A DNA stretch of 63,760 nt, counting the filler, from Lenisia limosa (taxonomy: Eukaryota; Protista; Breviatea), in NCBI GenBank assembly GCA_001655205.1. It is 16 parts of 16 records of this genome, joined end to end, with 100 filler letters (N's around TTAATTAATTAA, not from the genome) between each part and the next. Parts side by side here need not be neighbours in the genome. Positions count along the whole stretch, not along the records: positions 1 to 1,190 come from LPNZ01008598.1; positions 1,291 to 5,275 come from LPNZ01011698.1; positions 5,376 to 9,920 come from LPNZ01010620.1; positions 10,021 to 12,154 come from LPNZ01001205.1; 12 more parts are not named here. One strand, written 5' to 3'. Position 1 is the first letter of the stretch, and each line of letters starts with the position of its first letter. Of this stretch, positions 1-11,145 are shown piece by piece. The position numbers were made by a program, and so were the translations under genes. The notes under the pieces are model-generated. The model saw only the letters and a program-made list of their open reading frames with translations, had not been told where the DNA came from and ran no database searches.

Positions 1-60
1 AAAAATAATAGAATACGGAGTTTTGAATAAAATACGGAGTTTAGGTTGCCTAGCATATTA

Positions 61-90
61 ATTAGTATTAATATTAATTGCCCGGAGCTC
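61..90. mobile_element. Solo end of the GAGCTCCGGGCAAT MITE family
   Basis: attagtattaatattaattgcccggagctc matches the right end of the element at 20240-20315. Confidence 0.5.
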
Positions 91-367
91 AAATATATAA
101 TATGACAATACATACAGTAGCATATCGATATAATTACTATATATCATATCATATATGATATAGTTTTGCTTTTTGCTGAAAGTCTGTGTTATCGTCAATA
201 TTTATCACGAATTATTTGCCCCGTGATGCTAGTTTGATAAATGATGATGTTATATACGGTTTATATTATATTTTTTGTCGTAACTATATAGTTCGCGTAA
301 TATTTTTATTGATAATTGATATGTACTAGATGTCATAATGTCCCCAACCGCGCTAATACTATTTTAG

Positions 368-915
368 TAGTCTTTTAAAAAAGACAGAGAAATTTTCTCT
401 TGGTGTTCGACAGATACTTGAAAAGAAAGAGGTATTACCTAATTATGGTCTTAAATTTTGTTCAGGGATTGTTCCGGAAGAATATGATGGGGAAAAGGGT
501 TAACTTTGCTTGTCGGTTTGTTTGTGAGTATTTTTGTCTTATCGCCAGCTCTGTAATTTCACCTGATGCTTCACTTGAGACAAATGAGATTGGGCTGCCT
601 TTAGTGTTTGCCAAAACACTTACTTTTCCAGAGATTGTCACTCAGGTATTATTTTGATATAGTGATGCTGATAAACGTTGAGAAAGTAAGAAACCTGATA
701 CTAAATGGTTGTGATAATCACCCTGGAGCCAATTCAATTGAAATGTTGTGTTTTTTTTTTTCTAATGGTTGTAATGGAACATTTCATAATTTGAAAAGGT
801 TCAGTTATGAACAACGACTTGCAATGGCCAACACTCTTGTTTGAGATAAGCTGTATTTATCAAATTAGGCAACGTTCTCTGGTAGTCAAGGAGAGTGTCC
901 AACAGTTATAAGAAG
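368..915 (+). CDS. RPA1: RNA polymerase I largest subunit, internal fragment with tiny introns
   Basis: Exons 368-431, 466-515, 549-645, 671-747, 772-838 and 869-915 give [10 protein letters not shown]|[17 protein letters not shown]|[32 protein letters not shown]|[47 protein letters not shown]. The EKKEGLFR-x2-MMGKRVN and TNEIG motifs are Pol I type. Introns are 34, 33, 25, 24 and 30 nt. Confidence 0.88.
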
Positions 916-1061
916 GTATTATCAGCTTTTTTTTTGTATTATTATTTTTGGTGGAAGATTAACTTCCTGTGTTCAACACCCCCCTCAAAACCATCCAAAA
1001 TTATACGAAGGCTGTGCACATACATACAGTATACACCTAACATATGATGTATCGGTTCGTG

Positions 1062-1150
1062 TTAAAAACCGCGAACATGATTAAAACCGCGAAAAAGCCA
1101 CAAATCGACATAAATCGCTTCAATAACCCTCTTTTTAGTGTGAAATTCGG
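1062..1150 (+). mobile_element. End of the TTAAAACCGCGAACATGA inverted-repeat element
   Basis: About 90 bp closely matching the reverse complement of 48070-48158. Confidence 0.65.
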
Positions 1151-1190
1151 CAGTTTTGAGTACTAGACTATCAATAACATCAAAACAAAG

Positions 1191-1290
1191 NNNNNNNNNN
1201 NNNNNNNNNNNNNNNNNNNNNNNNNNNNNNNNNNTTAATTAATTAANNNNNNNNNNNNNNNNNNNNNNNNNNNNNNNNNNNNNNNNNNNN
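1191..1290. other. Artificial contig linker (first of 15)
   Basis: 44 N + TTAATTAATTAA + 44 N. The others start at 5276, 9921, 12155, 13485, 16223, 18723, 24627, 31106, 32344, 44966, 46858, 55014, 60724 and 62604. Confidence 0.97.
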
Positions 1291-1313
1291 CCCTTCCGCA
1301 TTTTTCTAATCAG

Positions 1314-3581
1314 TAGATCGAAGCTTGACGAGGAGTCTGCAGCCTTCCAGAAGAGGCTGGTGGAGTCTGAGGCCCGGGCCGCGGAGCTCGAGGCTAATAT
1401 CATAAATGAGAAGGAGCAGAACGAGCGATATGAGAAGGACATTGACAACCTGAAAACCAAAGTTGGTTCAGAATTTACTCTTGAAAAGATTAGTCATCAT
1501 ATTTCTCAATATAACCGTGATTATGACAATTACATGACATGTTATACCATAGTGTTCATTTGACAATTACTTGACATACATGTATGTTGTACCAGTGTTC
1601 ATACCATAGTATTTCATAAATCCCACGCCTAATATATGTATAGTTATGTCTTTTTACACCTGCAGTTGGCCGAGGCTGACCTGAGGGCCAAAGAGGCGGA
1701 TAAGAGGGCGGAAGAGGCCGAGGCCAAGGCCACCCAAGCTTCTGAGAGGGGTGAGTGGCAGTTAAGCTTTTGAAAGAGTTGGTGTCATTCTCTGGTTATC
1801 TGCGCTATTGCTTCTGTTCATGGGCATCCCCCCTAATAGAGTTAGTTGATTACCAATTGTTTCCCTTTAAAAGTATTCCTATTTCCCCTCTTCCCCTGCA
1901 ATACAGAAGCGACTGGTCTGGGTTCTTCATGTGTCAAATGCTTAGTAGAGTTGATTCTGGTATTTCCCCTCTTTACCCCGCAGCCGCCGCGTCGGTCCGG
2001 ACGAGTACGGAGAGTGCGGTTGTTGCCACGTCACACGAGGACGGAGATGACGTCATCATCGGCACGGATAACGAAGTCCAATCTCGGAGGGAAGAAACGG
2101 TTGCCGGGAGGGTTTTCCTTTTATGGAAGTTGCCAGAAAAACAAACTATATTTTATATTTATTTCCTTTCGAGGCAACCTTAACTTAACGCAATATACCC
2201 ACGATGATATTTGTTAAGATCACCCCATAACGCCTTGTTAATTCTGTTGCGTATAAACGTATAACCTCTCCAGAGTCCACGTGAGTCCACCCTTCCAAGC
2301 GAAGTGGAAACGTCGGCTACCGAAGATGTCCGGGCCAGGGAGGTGCGTCAACTCCACTCTTTTCCTCGAAATATTAAAAACCCCAGTGATGGGATGCGGT
2401 GCTGCAGAAGCGACTGGCTTGGGCTTTGTNNNNNNNNNNNNNNNNNNNNNNNNNNNNNNNNNNNNNNNNNNNNNNNNNNNNNNNNNNNNNNNNNNNNNNN
2501 NNNNNNNNNNNNNNNNNNNNNNNNNNNNNNNNNNNNNNNNNNNNNNNNNNNTTTCAGGTTTTCGATGATTTGGACGACATTTCAGACGAGAAGTCTCTAA
2601 ATCTTGGTGGGGGCATATTTGTTCATAAATCTGGGAGAGAGAAGGGTGCTACAATAACTTCCATCATAAATGCAGCCTATTCCAAAATCTCTTAATAATG
2701 TAGTTGTGTACTGCTTCAGATATTTCTTTACGATTCATCCATTCCTTACTAACCTTACTAACCCTGCAGACTCACTGGATACAGCATCAGAAGCGCCCGC
2801 ACCATCTGCGTAGGGGAGGGGGGACCTTCATATGTACGTTCACATTTGAAGCCTCTTATATTTAATGAAGATTTTAGTTTCATAATTTGTTTCACTCCCT
2901 CCCGACCCTTCCACCCACTTCCCACGTTTTCCCATTTTCTCATTTAATTTGTTTGTTTCTCACCTCACGTACGCTGGAGTGATGGGATGTGGTNNNNNNN
3001 NNNNNNNNNNNNNNNNNNNNNNNNNNNNNNNNNNNNNNNNNNNNNGTGTTTTCATACATTTTCCAATTTTACTTCCCAGAGAAGCGCCCCATGATGGCGG
3101 ACTCAGCCCGGTCCTTCCCGGCAAGAGCGCCTCATATGTGGGGGCTCTATTGTGGGAACTTTGGTGCGATAGTAGAGGCGAATATCCAAGGATTTTTTTT
3201 TTGTTTTTTCTTGTTTTTAACTCTTGTGTTTTCCAAATGCTAGCCAACAGTTTTTCTTCTTCATTAATGCATTTACCCCCTAGTTACCGCAGCCTGAAAA
3301 TGAGTCGGAAGAGGACGATGTGCCCCCCAGGCGGCGATATACATTTGACGACTCCGAAGTGACCGGGATGCATGGTATAAACATTTCTACTCTCCCAAAA
3401 ACGAATTAGGGCGTTTGGCCCAAAACAATAATTGAACACCTCATGTTATGCCCTCATATTAACTATGTAGTCTGACGTGTATGTGGCGGAACCGCCAACA
3501 GAAACAGAATCGGACGACGGAGGCGGCATGGATGATGATTGGGGCGATTCTTCTCTGACAGTGGGGGGTCAGCAGCAATGA
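1314..3581 (+). CDS. Multi-exon coiled-coil/acidic low-complexity protein, 3' part
   Basis: GT-AG-bounded GC-rich exons encode SKLDEESAAFQKRLVESEARAAELEANIINEKEQNERYEKDIDNLKTK, LAEADLRAKEADKRAEEAEAKATQ, AASVRTSTESAVV, SPRESTLPSEVET and VFDDLDDISDEK. The last exon reads ...GGMDDDWGDSSLTVGGQQQ-stop. Confidence 0.7.
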
Positions 3582-3896
3582 CTATAGTTTTTCTTGATGG
3601 TTGATTTTTTTATATTATTTGAACAAGTTACAATATTTTAATTGAGATGTCTTTTTTTTTTTTTTTTTTTTNNNNNNNNNNNNNNNNNNNNNNNNNNNNN
3701 NNNNNNNNNNNNNNNNNNNNNNNNNNNNNNNNNNNNNNNNNNNNNNNNNNNNNNNNNNNNNNNNNNNNNNNNNNNNNNNNNNNNNNNNNNNNNNNNNNNN
3801 NNNNNNNNNNNNNNNNNNNNNNNNNNNNNNNNNNNNNNNNNNNNNNNNNNNNNNNNNNNNNNNNNNNNNNNNNNNNNNNNNNNNNNNNNNNNNNNN

Positions 3897-3977
3897 TTGA
3901 AAAAGACTGAATTTCTCGATAAATCGTCGATAAATATTGATATTTTATCAGTCTTTTTTGATCAAGTGAATCCCTAG
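3897..3977. mobile_element. hAT-type MITE, partial
   Basis: gaaaaagactgaatttctcgataaatc...gtcttttttgatcaagtgaatcccta matches the MITE consensus. Confidence 0.6.
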
Positions 3978-5380
3978 ATAAAATTATTGATCTCTTTCTT
4001 CTTCTGCTTCACTTGGGTGTATATCTATCCATATACGGGCTGGGTACACACACACTGGCCATGGTAAGTTTTGTCCGAAATTTCTGATGATAGAGTTCGG
4101 TTAAAGCTTAACATAGGGCTTGGACATATTAAGCAGTTCTACAAGACTGGAATTTCTGTAAAGCCTCTTTTTTTAATCCGTTATTCTACTCTTGTTACCC
4201 AAAGGCAGAATTAACTGGCTGTTAACATGTCACTCGAATCCTTGCTGTTAAGCATCACTCCAGTCCTTGCTGTTAACATATATAGGCTCAATTGAAGGCC
4301 AAAAACCAACGGACATGCTCTCCAGAGTATGGGGGGGTTATACTTATCGGGGGGTAGCAAAGTGCGCAAATTGAAACCACAATAGATAGAGAGGGGAAAT
4401 TGAAACCACAATAGATAGAGAGGGGGAAGCAGATTCCAAAATCTTAGGGTTTTTATTACATTTCTAATGTTACCACCACAATGAAACTTGCTCTTTTGTT
4501 CACTCCTGACGTCTCCAGTCTCTCTACCTCAAACCAGCCACCCGATGACCAGCAGTCCCAACTCACAAGACTGACTGAAAATCCCGAGTATGTAGCTGGG
4601 TCTTATGGGTCTGAGAAGGTCCCTGGTGTGGTATGTACATGTATGTGTTATTATAATAATATTATGAACAGATTTGATATTCTACATTTTGAGGTGTAAT
4701 GAAAATTGGGTGAGCAGTCTGTACTTGTGCTATGAAACTTGAAAAGCCACAGTTGAAATGTGGTGGGTTCTTGTCATCTTCCTATGACTTCGATATTCCT
4801 TGTATATTAACTCTGCTCTTCGCCATTCCACCCATCACTTCTTTTCATATCCCCACCGACCGGCCTGGGCTTAGTTTTTTTGAGTTTGATCACTTTCCTA
4901 TTTTACNNNNNNNNNNNNNNNNNNNNNNNNNNNNNNNNNNNNNNNNNNNNNNNNNNNNNNNNNNNNNNNNNNNNNNNNNNNNNNNNNNNNNNNNNNNNNN
5001 NNNNNNNNNNNNNNNNNNCTTTTCCCTTTCGGCCGACTCGGCTACTGAAGGTGCGGAGAGAGGCATGGGTGGTGTGGCATACCACTCTTACTCACTGACA
5101 AAGGCAAAAACTATGGGACCTTTTTTGAACAAGAGAAATAATATATACATTAGAAATCTAGGGAAACAAATTAATACACAAGGAAACTAACACTCTGTTT
5201 CACGTATGAACAATTTATATAGGTGAGTGCACACGACCGCGACCTGTAACATAACCGCGACCGCTTTTCAAATTTNNNNNNNNNNNNNNNNNNNNNNNNN
5301 NNNNNNNNNNNNNNNNNNNTTAATTAATTAANNNNNNNNNNNNNNNNNNNNNNNNNNNNNNNNNNNNNNNNNNNNCACAA

Positions 5381-8300
5381 ATGAGCCTCAAAATCACCGA
5401 AGTTTCCAGTGACATTCTGGGACTGGGGGCCAGGCCGGCTGAGCCACGAGTCCTCAAAACAGCTGTGAGGGGAGGGGTGATTTCCTATATTATGGGGAAA
5501 TTGGGTATTATGGGGAAATTTTATGTTTTATAATTTCTTGGAAATACATATGAAATAATAATCCTGTTGCTAATTAGTCGAACATTACCGAATAAAACCG
5601 TAAAAAAAGGGGAAAATTTACGAAATAAAAAAGCCTCTTACAAAAAAAAAAAAAAAATNNNNNNNNNNNNNNNNNNNNNNNNNNNNNNNNNNNNNNNNNN
5701 NNNNNNNNNNNNNNNNNNNNNNNNNNNNNNNNNNNNNNNNNNNNNNNNNNNNNNNNNNNNNNNNNNNNNNNNNNNNNNNNNNNNNNNNNNNNNNNNNNNN
5801 NNNNNNTTCGTTTTACTCCCCCCTCCCCTCCCCCATGGATGCAGAAGTGACTGGCCTGGGCTTTGTTTATTTTGTTTTGATCAAACTTGTGTGTTATCAA
5901 CCAACAAAGTTGTTTTTAGGCTTTTTTTGTTTCATTAATTTTCCCATTTACCCCACCCTCCCAGGGTCACGTGCATTTGCCGAAGATGACGACATTCAAC
6001 AGTCCGACATTGGAGTATTCCCAGGCCGGGGGCACCCTGGTGGAACTGGTGGGTACCTGGGGATATTCGGGGGGTACCCGGGNNNNNNNNNNNNNNNNNN
6101 NNNNNNNNNNNNNNNNNNNNNNNNNNNNNNNNNNNNNNNNNNNNNNNNNNNNNNNNNNNNNNNNNNNNNNNNNNNNNNNNNNNNNNNNNNNNNNNNNNNN
6201 NNNNNNNNNNNNNNNNNNNNNNNNNNNNNNNNNNNNNNNNNNNNNNNNNNNNNNNNNNNNNNNNNNNNNNNNNNNNNNNNNNNNNNNCAATGACCTACAA
6301 ATTGCCCCGTCTTCTCTCGGAGCTTTTGTGAATAAGGTAGGCTATTTAGATTAATGCTGGGGGTGTGATGGGTGGATTTAATTTAATATTTCAAAGAGGG
6401 GTTGAGGTGCATCTAAACCATTTTTGATAGAAAGAACTGTATATCCGGGGAGAGGGTGTTAGTCGATTTTGTTGTGGTGATTGGGGGTATCTCTTCTCGG
6501 CTCATCTAAAAAGGGGGTATCTGTAGTTAAAAAATAGAAAGGTGTAAAAGTGGTATTTTTATGAACAAAATTAAATAATAAAAGGTTAATTTTTGCAACT
6601 ACAGACGTTTTTTTAAAGAGCCACCCCATTTTTAGACAAGGCCCTCTTTTTATCCCCTCCCCCTAGATCGAACGCCTCTATAAGGAAAACCCCTACCATA
6701 ATGTTGAACATGCAATGGACGTCACGGCTGCCATGTTTGCCTTGGTCTCTAATGTGGGCGGCGTTTATCACGATTATCAAGAATCTATCGCTACAATGGG
6801 TTTATCGCTATTGTCAAGGTTTTATAGGGGATTTATCGAGGATTTATCGAGGATTTATCGAGGATTTATCGAGGATTTATCGAGGATTTATCGAGAAGGG
6901 TATGAGAGGGGGGTGTAGTAATAATGGAGTTCCTCAAAGTTGAACATGGCCGGATATTGGTTTTATCGATATTATCGTGGGTTTATCGAGGGTTTATTGC
7001 GGATTAACGAGGATTTATCACAGATTTATCATGGAGTGTTTGGGTTCTACATATTTTAGTTAAACGATGTTAAAATAAGACTATTTTCATCCCATTGTTT
7101 ATTTTATAAAACCTGAAATCAAGAAAGTTATCACAGGACATTTCGTTTTTTTTTAGCGATCATTAATGTAAGAATGGTATTATCTTATCATCCAATTGTT
7201 AGTTTAATAATCTTTAGATCAACGTCCGAGTTTATCTCACGACAACAAATGGTAGGCTCTTTGAGGGCATGAAATATCGGGTACGGATACAACTCTAAAA
7301 CCGGATTCCGTGTGAACTAATGAATTATTGTGATGATGTAACGACTTCAGCAATTTTGCCTGACGTTTTACATCCCTCTTATTCATTGAAGTAGTATGTT
7401 TTGTTCACGTCCCCCTCCCCGCCATTATTTCCCCACACATATTTCACAACATTTATTCCCCCACCTCCTTGATTTCACTGTGCATTTATTTTTTCCCTCA
7501 CTCCCCAGTTTTCACTGCAATTTTGGCTGCGTTTTGCCATGACGTTGACCACCCTGGAGTGAATAACGCCTTCCTCATTTCAACGCGAAATGACCTTGGT
7601 GGAAGGGGGGGTATCATGATTAGGGCTTCACTGCGGTCCCAAAAAAGACTCCATATTATAGATATTTTAACGTTCTTTTTCGGACCGTAGGAAAGCCCTA
7701 ATCATGATAAAAAGGAGGTATTAATATATAATTTATATAAATCAATCCGTTGTCCTTACCACTCAGCAATCAATCACAATGACCGGTCGCCACTGGAACG
7801 TCATCACTGTTTTGTGAGTGTACGTCTCATGGAAGATTGTGGCCTTTTTGCACACCTCCCCAGGGAGGTCTATACTGAAGTAAGCAGCAATTTTTAGAAC
7901 AGGAGCAAAATGTCTTCTTTTTTTTTATTTCCTCCCTTCTATTGTTACATAGTATATTAAATATATCGATCATACAGTATTTTTTCATAATACATGAATG
8001 TCAGTACTATATAATGTATTATATACGCTCATTTCCTGCGCACACTGTCCCTCTTTCCCCCTTCTTCTTAGGACTTCACTTCGGTTCGAAAACTACTGGC
8101 AAAATATCGATAATTTTCGGATTTATCGAGAAATTCAGTCTTTTTTCGAACCAAAGTGAAGCCCTACTTCCTCTGAATCGCGTCCTTTCACTTTTCACTT
8201 CCTAGATTCGACAACTGTTCATTGAATTGGTTTTATCAACAGGTAAGATCATTTAAAAAAAGAGGGGGGGGGGGNNNNNNNNNNNNNNNNNNNNNNNNNN

Positions 8301-9711
8301 NNNNNNNNNNNNNNNNNNNNNNNNNNNNNNNNNNNNNNNNNNNNNNNNNNNNNNNNNNNNNNNNNNNCTATAGGGGCTACTTTTGGATGATTTATTGTTA
8401 TTAGATAGTTGGCATACCGGATTTTCAAATTTAAATTTTCAAATAATTTCGTAATCTTTTTTGAAAACTCTCTATTGTTGTTAAATACATGTATGGTGTT
8501 GCACCTAGACTTCTTTTCCTGATTTTGACTATTATTATTTTTATTTTATTTTTGTGTGTGTGTGTTTTTTTGTTTCATCAGCTCCTGTTACCCCTCCCCT
8601 CCCCAGATATGTCTCGACATTTTACTGTGATCAATGAGTTTAAAAGTTCAACTGGGCTGAACGAAGGTTTGGAGTACTACCATTAGGGCTTCACTTCGCT
8701 TCGAAAAAGACCAGTAAAATGTCGATAGTTTTCGAGGATTTATCGAGAATTCAGTCTTTTTTTTTTTAACCGAAGTGAAGCCCTAACTACCATATAGTAC
8801 AACCAGAAAAGACGGAATTTCTTGATAAATCCTCGAAACTATCTCTAATTAACCTGTCTTTTTTAAACCCAAGTGAAGTCCTGGGTTACCAAATAGGTTG
8901 GGTATTATTTTTTTTTGCGGATTTTGTATTATTATTCTATTTATATATGTATTTGGATTATTATTCTATTTATATATGTATTTGGCTGATATTCACTTAC
9001 CATAAAGGCAACTTTTCAGCAGCATCTTCGAACCAGGTTAACTCGCTTCTTGCAGTCTCTCTAAAGGTTTGGGCAAACTACTAAGACGCCCTTTTTTTTG
9101 TTTCATTATCCTTTTTCTTAATATCCCCCTCCCCCTTATCTTGCTGGCCGNNNNNNNNNNNNNNNNNNNNNNNNNNNNNNNNNNNNNNNNNNNNNNNNNN
9201 NNNNNNNNNNNNNNNNNNNNNNNNNNNNNNNNNNNNNNNNNNNNNNNNNNNNNNNNNNNNNNNNNNNNNNNNNNNNNNNNNNNNNNNNNNNNNNNNNNNN
9301 NNNNNNNNNNNNNNNNNNNNNNNAGTGGACTGCGGTACGGGGGTAAATCCGTGAATTGATTGGTAAATCAGTAAATTGATGGGGTGAATCCGTGAATTGA
9401 TAATATAAACGATATAATATACTGTCATCCAATATCTCGTATATTCGTGATGGTGTGGACGGCTGCTTCTGCCAGATACTCCTCTGTTTTATTTCTCATT
9501 TACAAATTTTACATTTCTACAAATTTGACTGATATTCACATTTAATCAACTCGTATTTTGTCAAATTTGACCATTTCAGCGAATCAACTCCGAGTTTTTC
9601 CACCAAGGTGACCGAGAGGCCACGAACGGAATGCCAATTAGCCCGTTTATGGACAGGGACAATATGGATATTCCTAAATCGCAGCTGGGGTTCCTCGAGT
9701 TTGTTGTTAAG
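5381..9711 (+). CDS. Class I 3',5'-cyclic nucleotide phosphodiesterase (PDEase_I), partial
   Basis: Exons in order: 6667-6753 ENPYHNVEHAMDVT; 7218-7251; 7509-7598 AILAAFCHDVDHPGVNN; 7767-7879 NDRSPLERHHC; 8206-8242 + 8607-8666 ELVLSTDMSRHF; 9020-9066 LLAVSLK; 9144-9334 LAD...WTA (partly N); 9580-9711 EFFHQGDRE..MPISPFMDR..IPKSQLGFLEFVV. Confidence 0.92.
5835..5964 (+). repeat. Intron 3'-end cassette (dispersed repeat)
   Basis: gcagaagtgactggcctgggctttgttt...ttttttgtttcattaattttcccatttaccccaccctcccag, ending exactly at the acceptor of PDE exon 5965. Confidence 0.75.
6829..6894. repeat. 11-bp minisatellite (GGATTTATCGA) x6
   Basis: Directly visible tandem array, with degenerate copies from about 6760 to 7030. 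The unit equals the internal motif of the hAT MITE. Confidence 0.85.
7621..7700. mobile_element. hAT-type MITE with perfect 8-bp TSD
   Basis: TIRs TAGGGCTT..CTGCGGTCC / GGACCGTAGGAAAGCCCTA, flanked by ATCATGAT at 7613-7620 and 7701-7708. Confidence 0.88.
8069..8166. mobile_element. hAT-type MITE
   Basis: TIRs TAGGACTTCACTTCGGTTCGAAAA / TTTTCGAACCAAAGTGAAGCCCTA; flanks CTTCTTCT and CTTCCTCT match at 7/8. Confidence 0.85.
8684..8785. mobile_element. hAT-type MITE with perfect 8-bp TSD
   Basis: TIRs TAGGGCTTCACTTCG / CGAAGTGAAGCCCTA, flanked by ACTACCAT at 8676-8683 and 8786-8793. Confidence 0.9.
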
Positions 9712-10429
9712 GTGGGGATGCTGATATTGATGTTGTTGTTGTTATTATCATGTAGTGATTTATATAAAGTACAATTACCACAATTTAACCCTGTAACACA
9801 TATAAAATTCTGATTGTTGATTACTGTCACTATTATTAATATATTTTTCATAGGAGGGGGGTCTCTCTCTTTTTTTCCCATAAATTTTCCAAATACATCA
9901 AAGTACATTAACCTCCTAATNNNNNNNNNNNNNNNNNNNNNNNNNNNNNNNNNNNNNNNNNNNNTTAATTAATTAANNNNNNNNNNNNNNNNNNNNNNNN
10001 NNNNNNNNNNNNNNNNNNNNGGGGGGGGGGTAAAAGTAAGCATTTATTAAACAAAACAAAAAGTAGCTAGAATCAAGTGTGGCTGGTAACACAACAGTTG
10101 AAAACAACAAACTTCGAGACAATAATAATAACACAAGAAGGAATAATAACAGCACTGCACTTTCCTGAACGCTAAAGAAAAAAGGTAGGGCAAAAGTATC
10201 ACGAAGGTGCTTCCGATATTACAGAAAGTTAAGGGTTTTGGATGGGATGGGGGCCGGGGGATTATATTTTAAAAGTAAGGCAGACAAATCCCGCGGTTCA
10301 ATTATGCGGCCTATTTCCAACAGAGAGAGAAAAAAAGATAAGATAAACAATTAAGCGTAAAACAAGCACAAACCGCATTTCAGGCTTAGGGCACAATCCC
10401 TCTTCAAAATAACGGTCTTAGAACCCATT

Positions 10430-11145
10430 GAAACGATATGATAAAATGGAGGAAACAAACGGGAGGGAAGATCTTCGAGAAAGGAGAGGCCCCGCATACA
10501 CGGACACTGGTGAAGCTTCCAACAAAGATGATAATATCGTCATCAAGCTCCTCGTAGAAGAACATATCGGTGATCGAAAGGAAGCCGGTCGAATCAAAGC
10601 GGAAGGGGAAGCGTTCAAATCGTGCTTCCTCGGGATAGTACTTAACAAGTCTCTAAAAGCAAGTTAGCATCGCAAAATACATAAAAACGCCTTGAAAAGA
10701 AGAGTTATTTGCTTGGGCGGCTTACTTTAGTTCCTATAAAAGTCAGTTTCAAATGAATCACTGCATTAGCATACCAGCAATGGATGCATGAACCCAAATA
10801 AAGTCGCCAGAAACGTCTTCCTTCATGAAATCAATACCCTAGATCATTAATCCAATTGGATCTTGAGATTTAACACTTCTACATCAAATAACCATCAATT
10901 CCCGCGGCTCAGGGTTTGTGGCTTACATCTTGGAAAACACCGCTTAGACCATCAGTCCTGAAGGTCTCCAGATCAAAAGAAACAAGGTAATCTTCAGAGG
11001 AGCCAATGTAAGCTCCATTGAAGTTCATGTAAACATCTATAAGATTAGAGAAAGAAAAAACGGTTTACGTTCCCCGCTGCCCACCATCAGCCACTGCAAA
11101 TAAAGCAATTTGCAACAGCAGAAAGCCCAAAAGGAACTTCATCAT
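10430..11145 (-). CDS. Putative secreted protein of unknown function
   Basis: Signal-like MMKFLLGFLLLQIALFAVAD, then GT-AG exons DVYMNFNGAYIGSSEDYLVSFDLETF, GIDFMKEDVSGDFIWVHASIA and YYPEEARFERFPFRFDSTGFLSITDMFFYEE. Confidence 0.5.

Noticed and set aside
368-915. Tiny-intron genes as pure contamination from a second organism
   Set aside because: Not favoured: their contigs share repeats with the others, contig 9 carries both intron types, and a TG acceptor also occurs in the conventional PDE gene. It cannot be fully excluded without coverage data.
1191-1290. Regularly recurring TTAATTAATTAA palindrome flanked by N
   Set aside because: Artificial all-frame-stop linker between concatenated contigs. 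Adjacency across these joins has no biological meaning.
2386-2430. Cassette start AGTGATG as a C/D snoRNA C box, or as a tRNA-derived SINE head
   Set aside because: No matching terminal CTGA D box, terminal stem, or Pol III A/B boxes were found in the visible part.
3642-3977. Many ORF-track entries dominated by X
   Set aside because: They are open only because N blocks hide stop codons.
4000-5110. Possible exons downstream of the coiled-coil gene
   Set aside because: Strand and frame could not be fixed, and no recognisable motif was found.
6829-6894. Possible CRISPR array
   Set aside because: No unique spacers, a eukaryotic context and no cas genes anywhere in the window.
6701-6943. ORFs with repeated RIYRGFIEDLS peptide
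   Set aside because: Translation of the 11-bp minisatellite inside a PDE intron.
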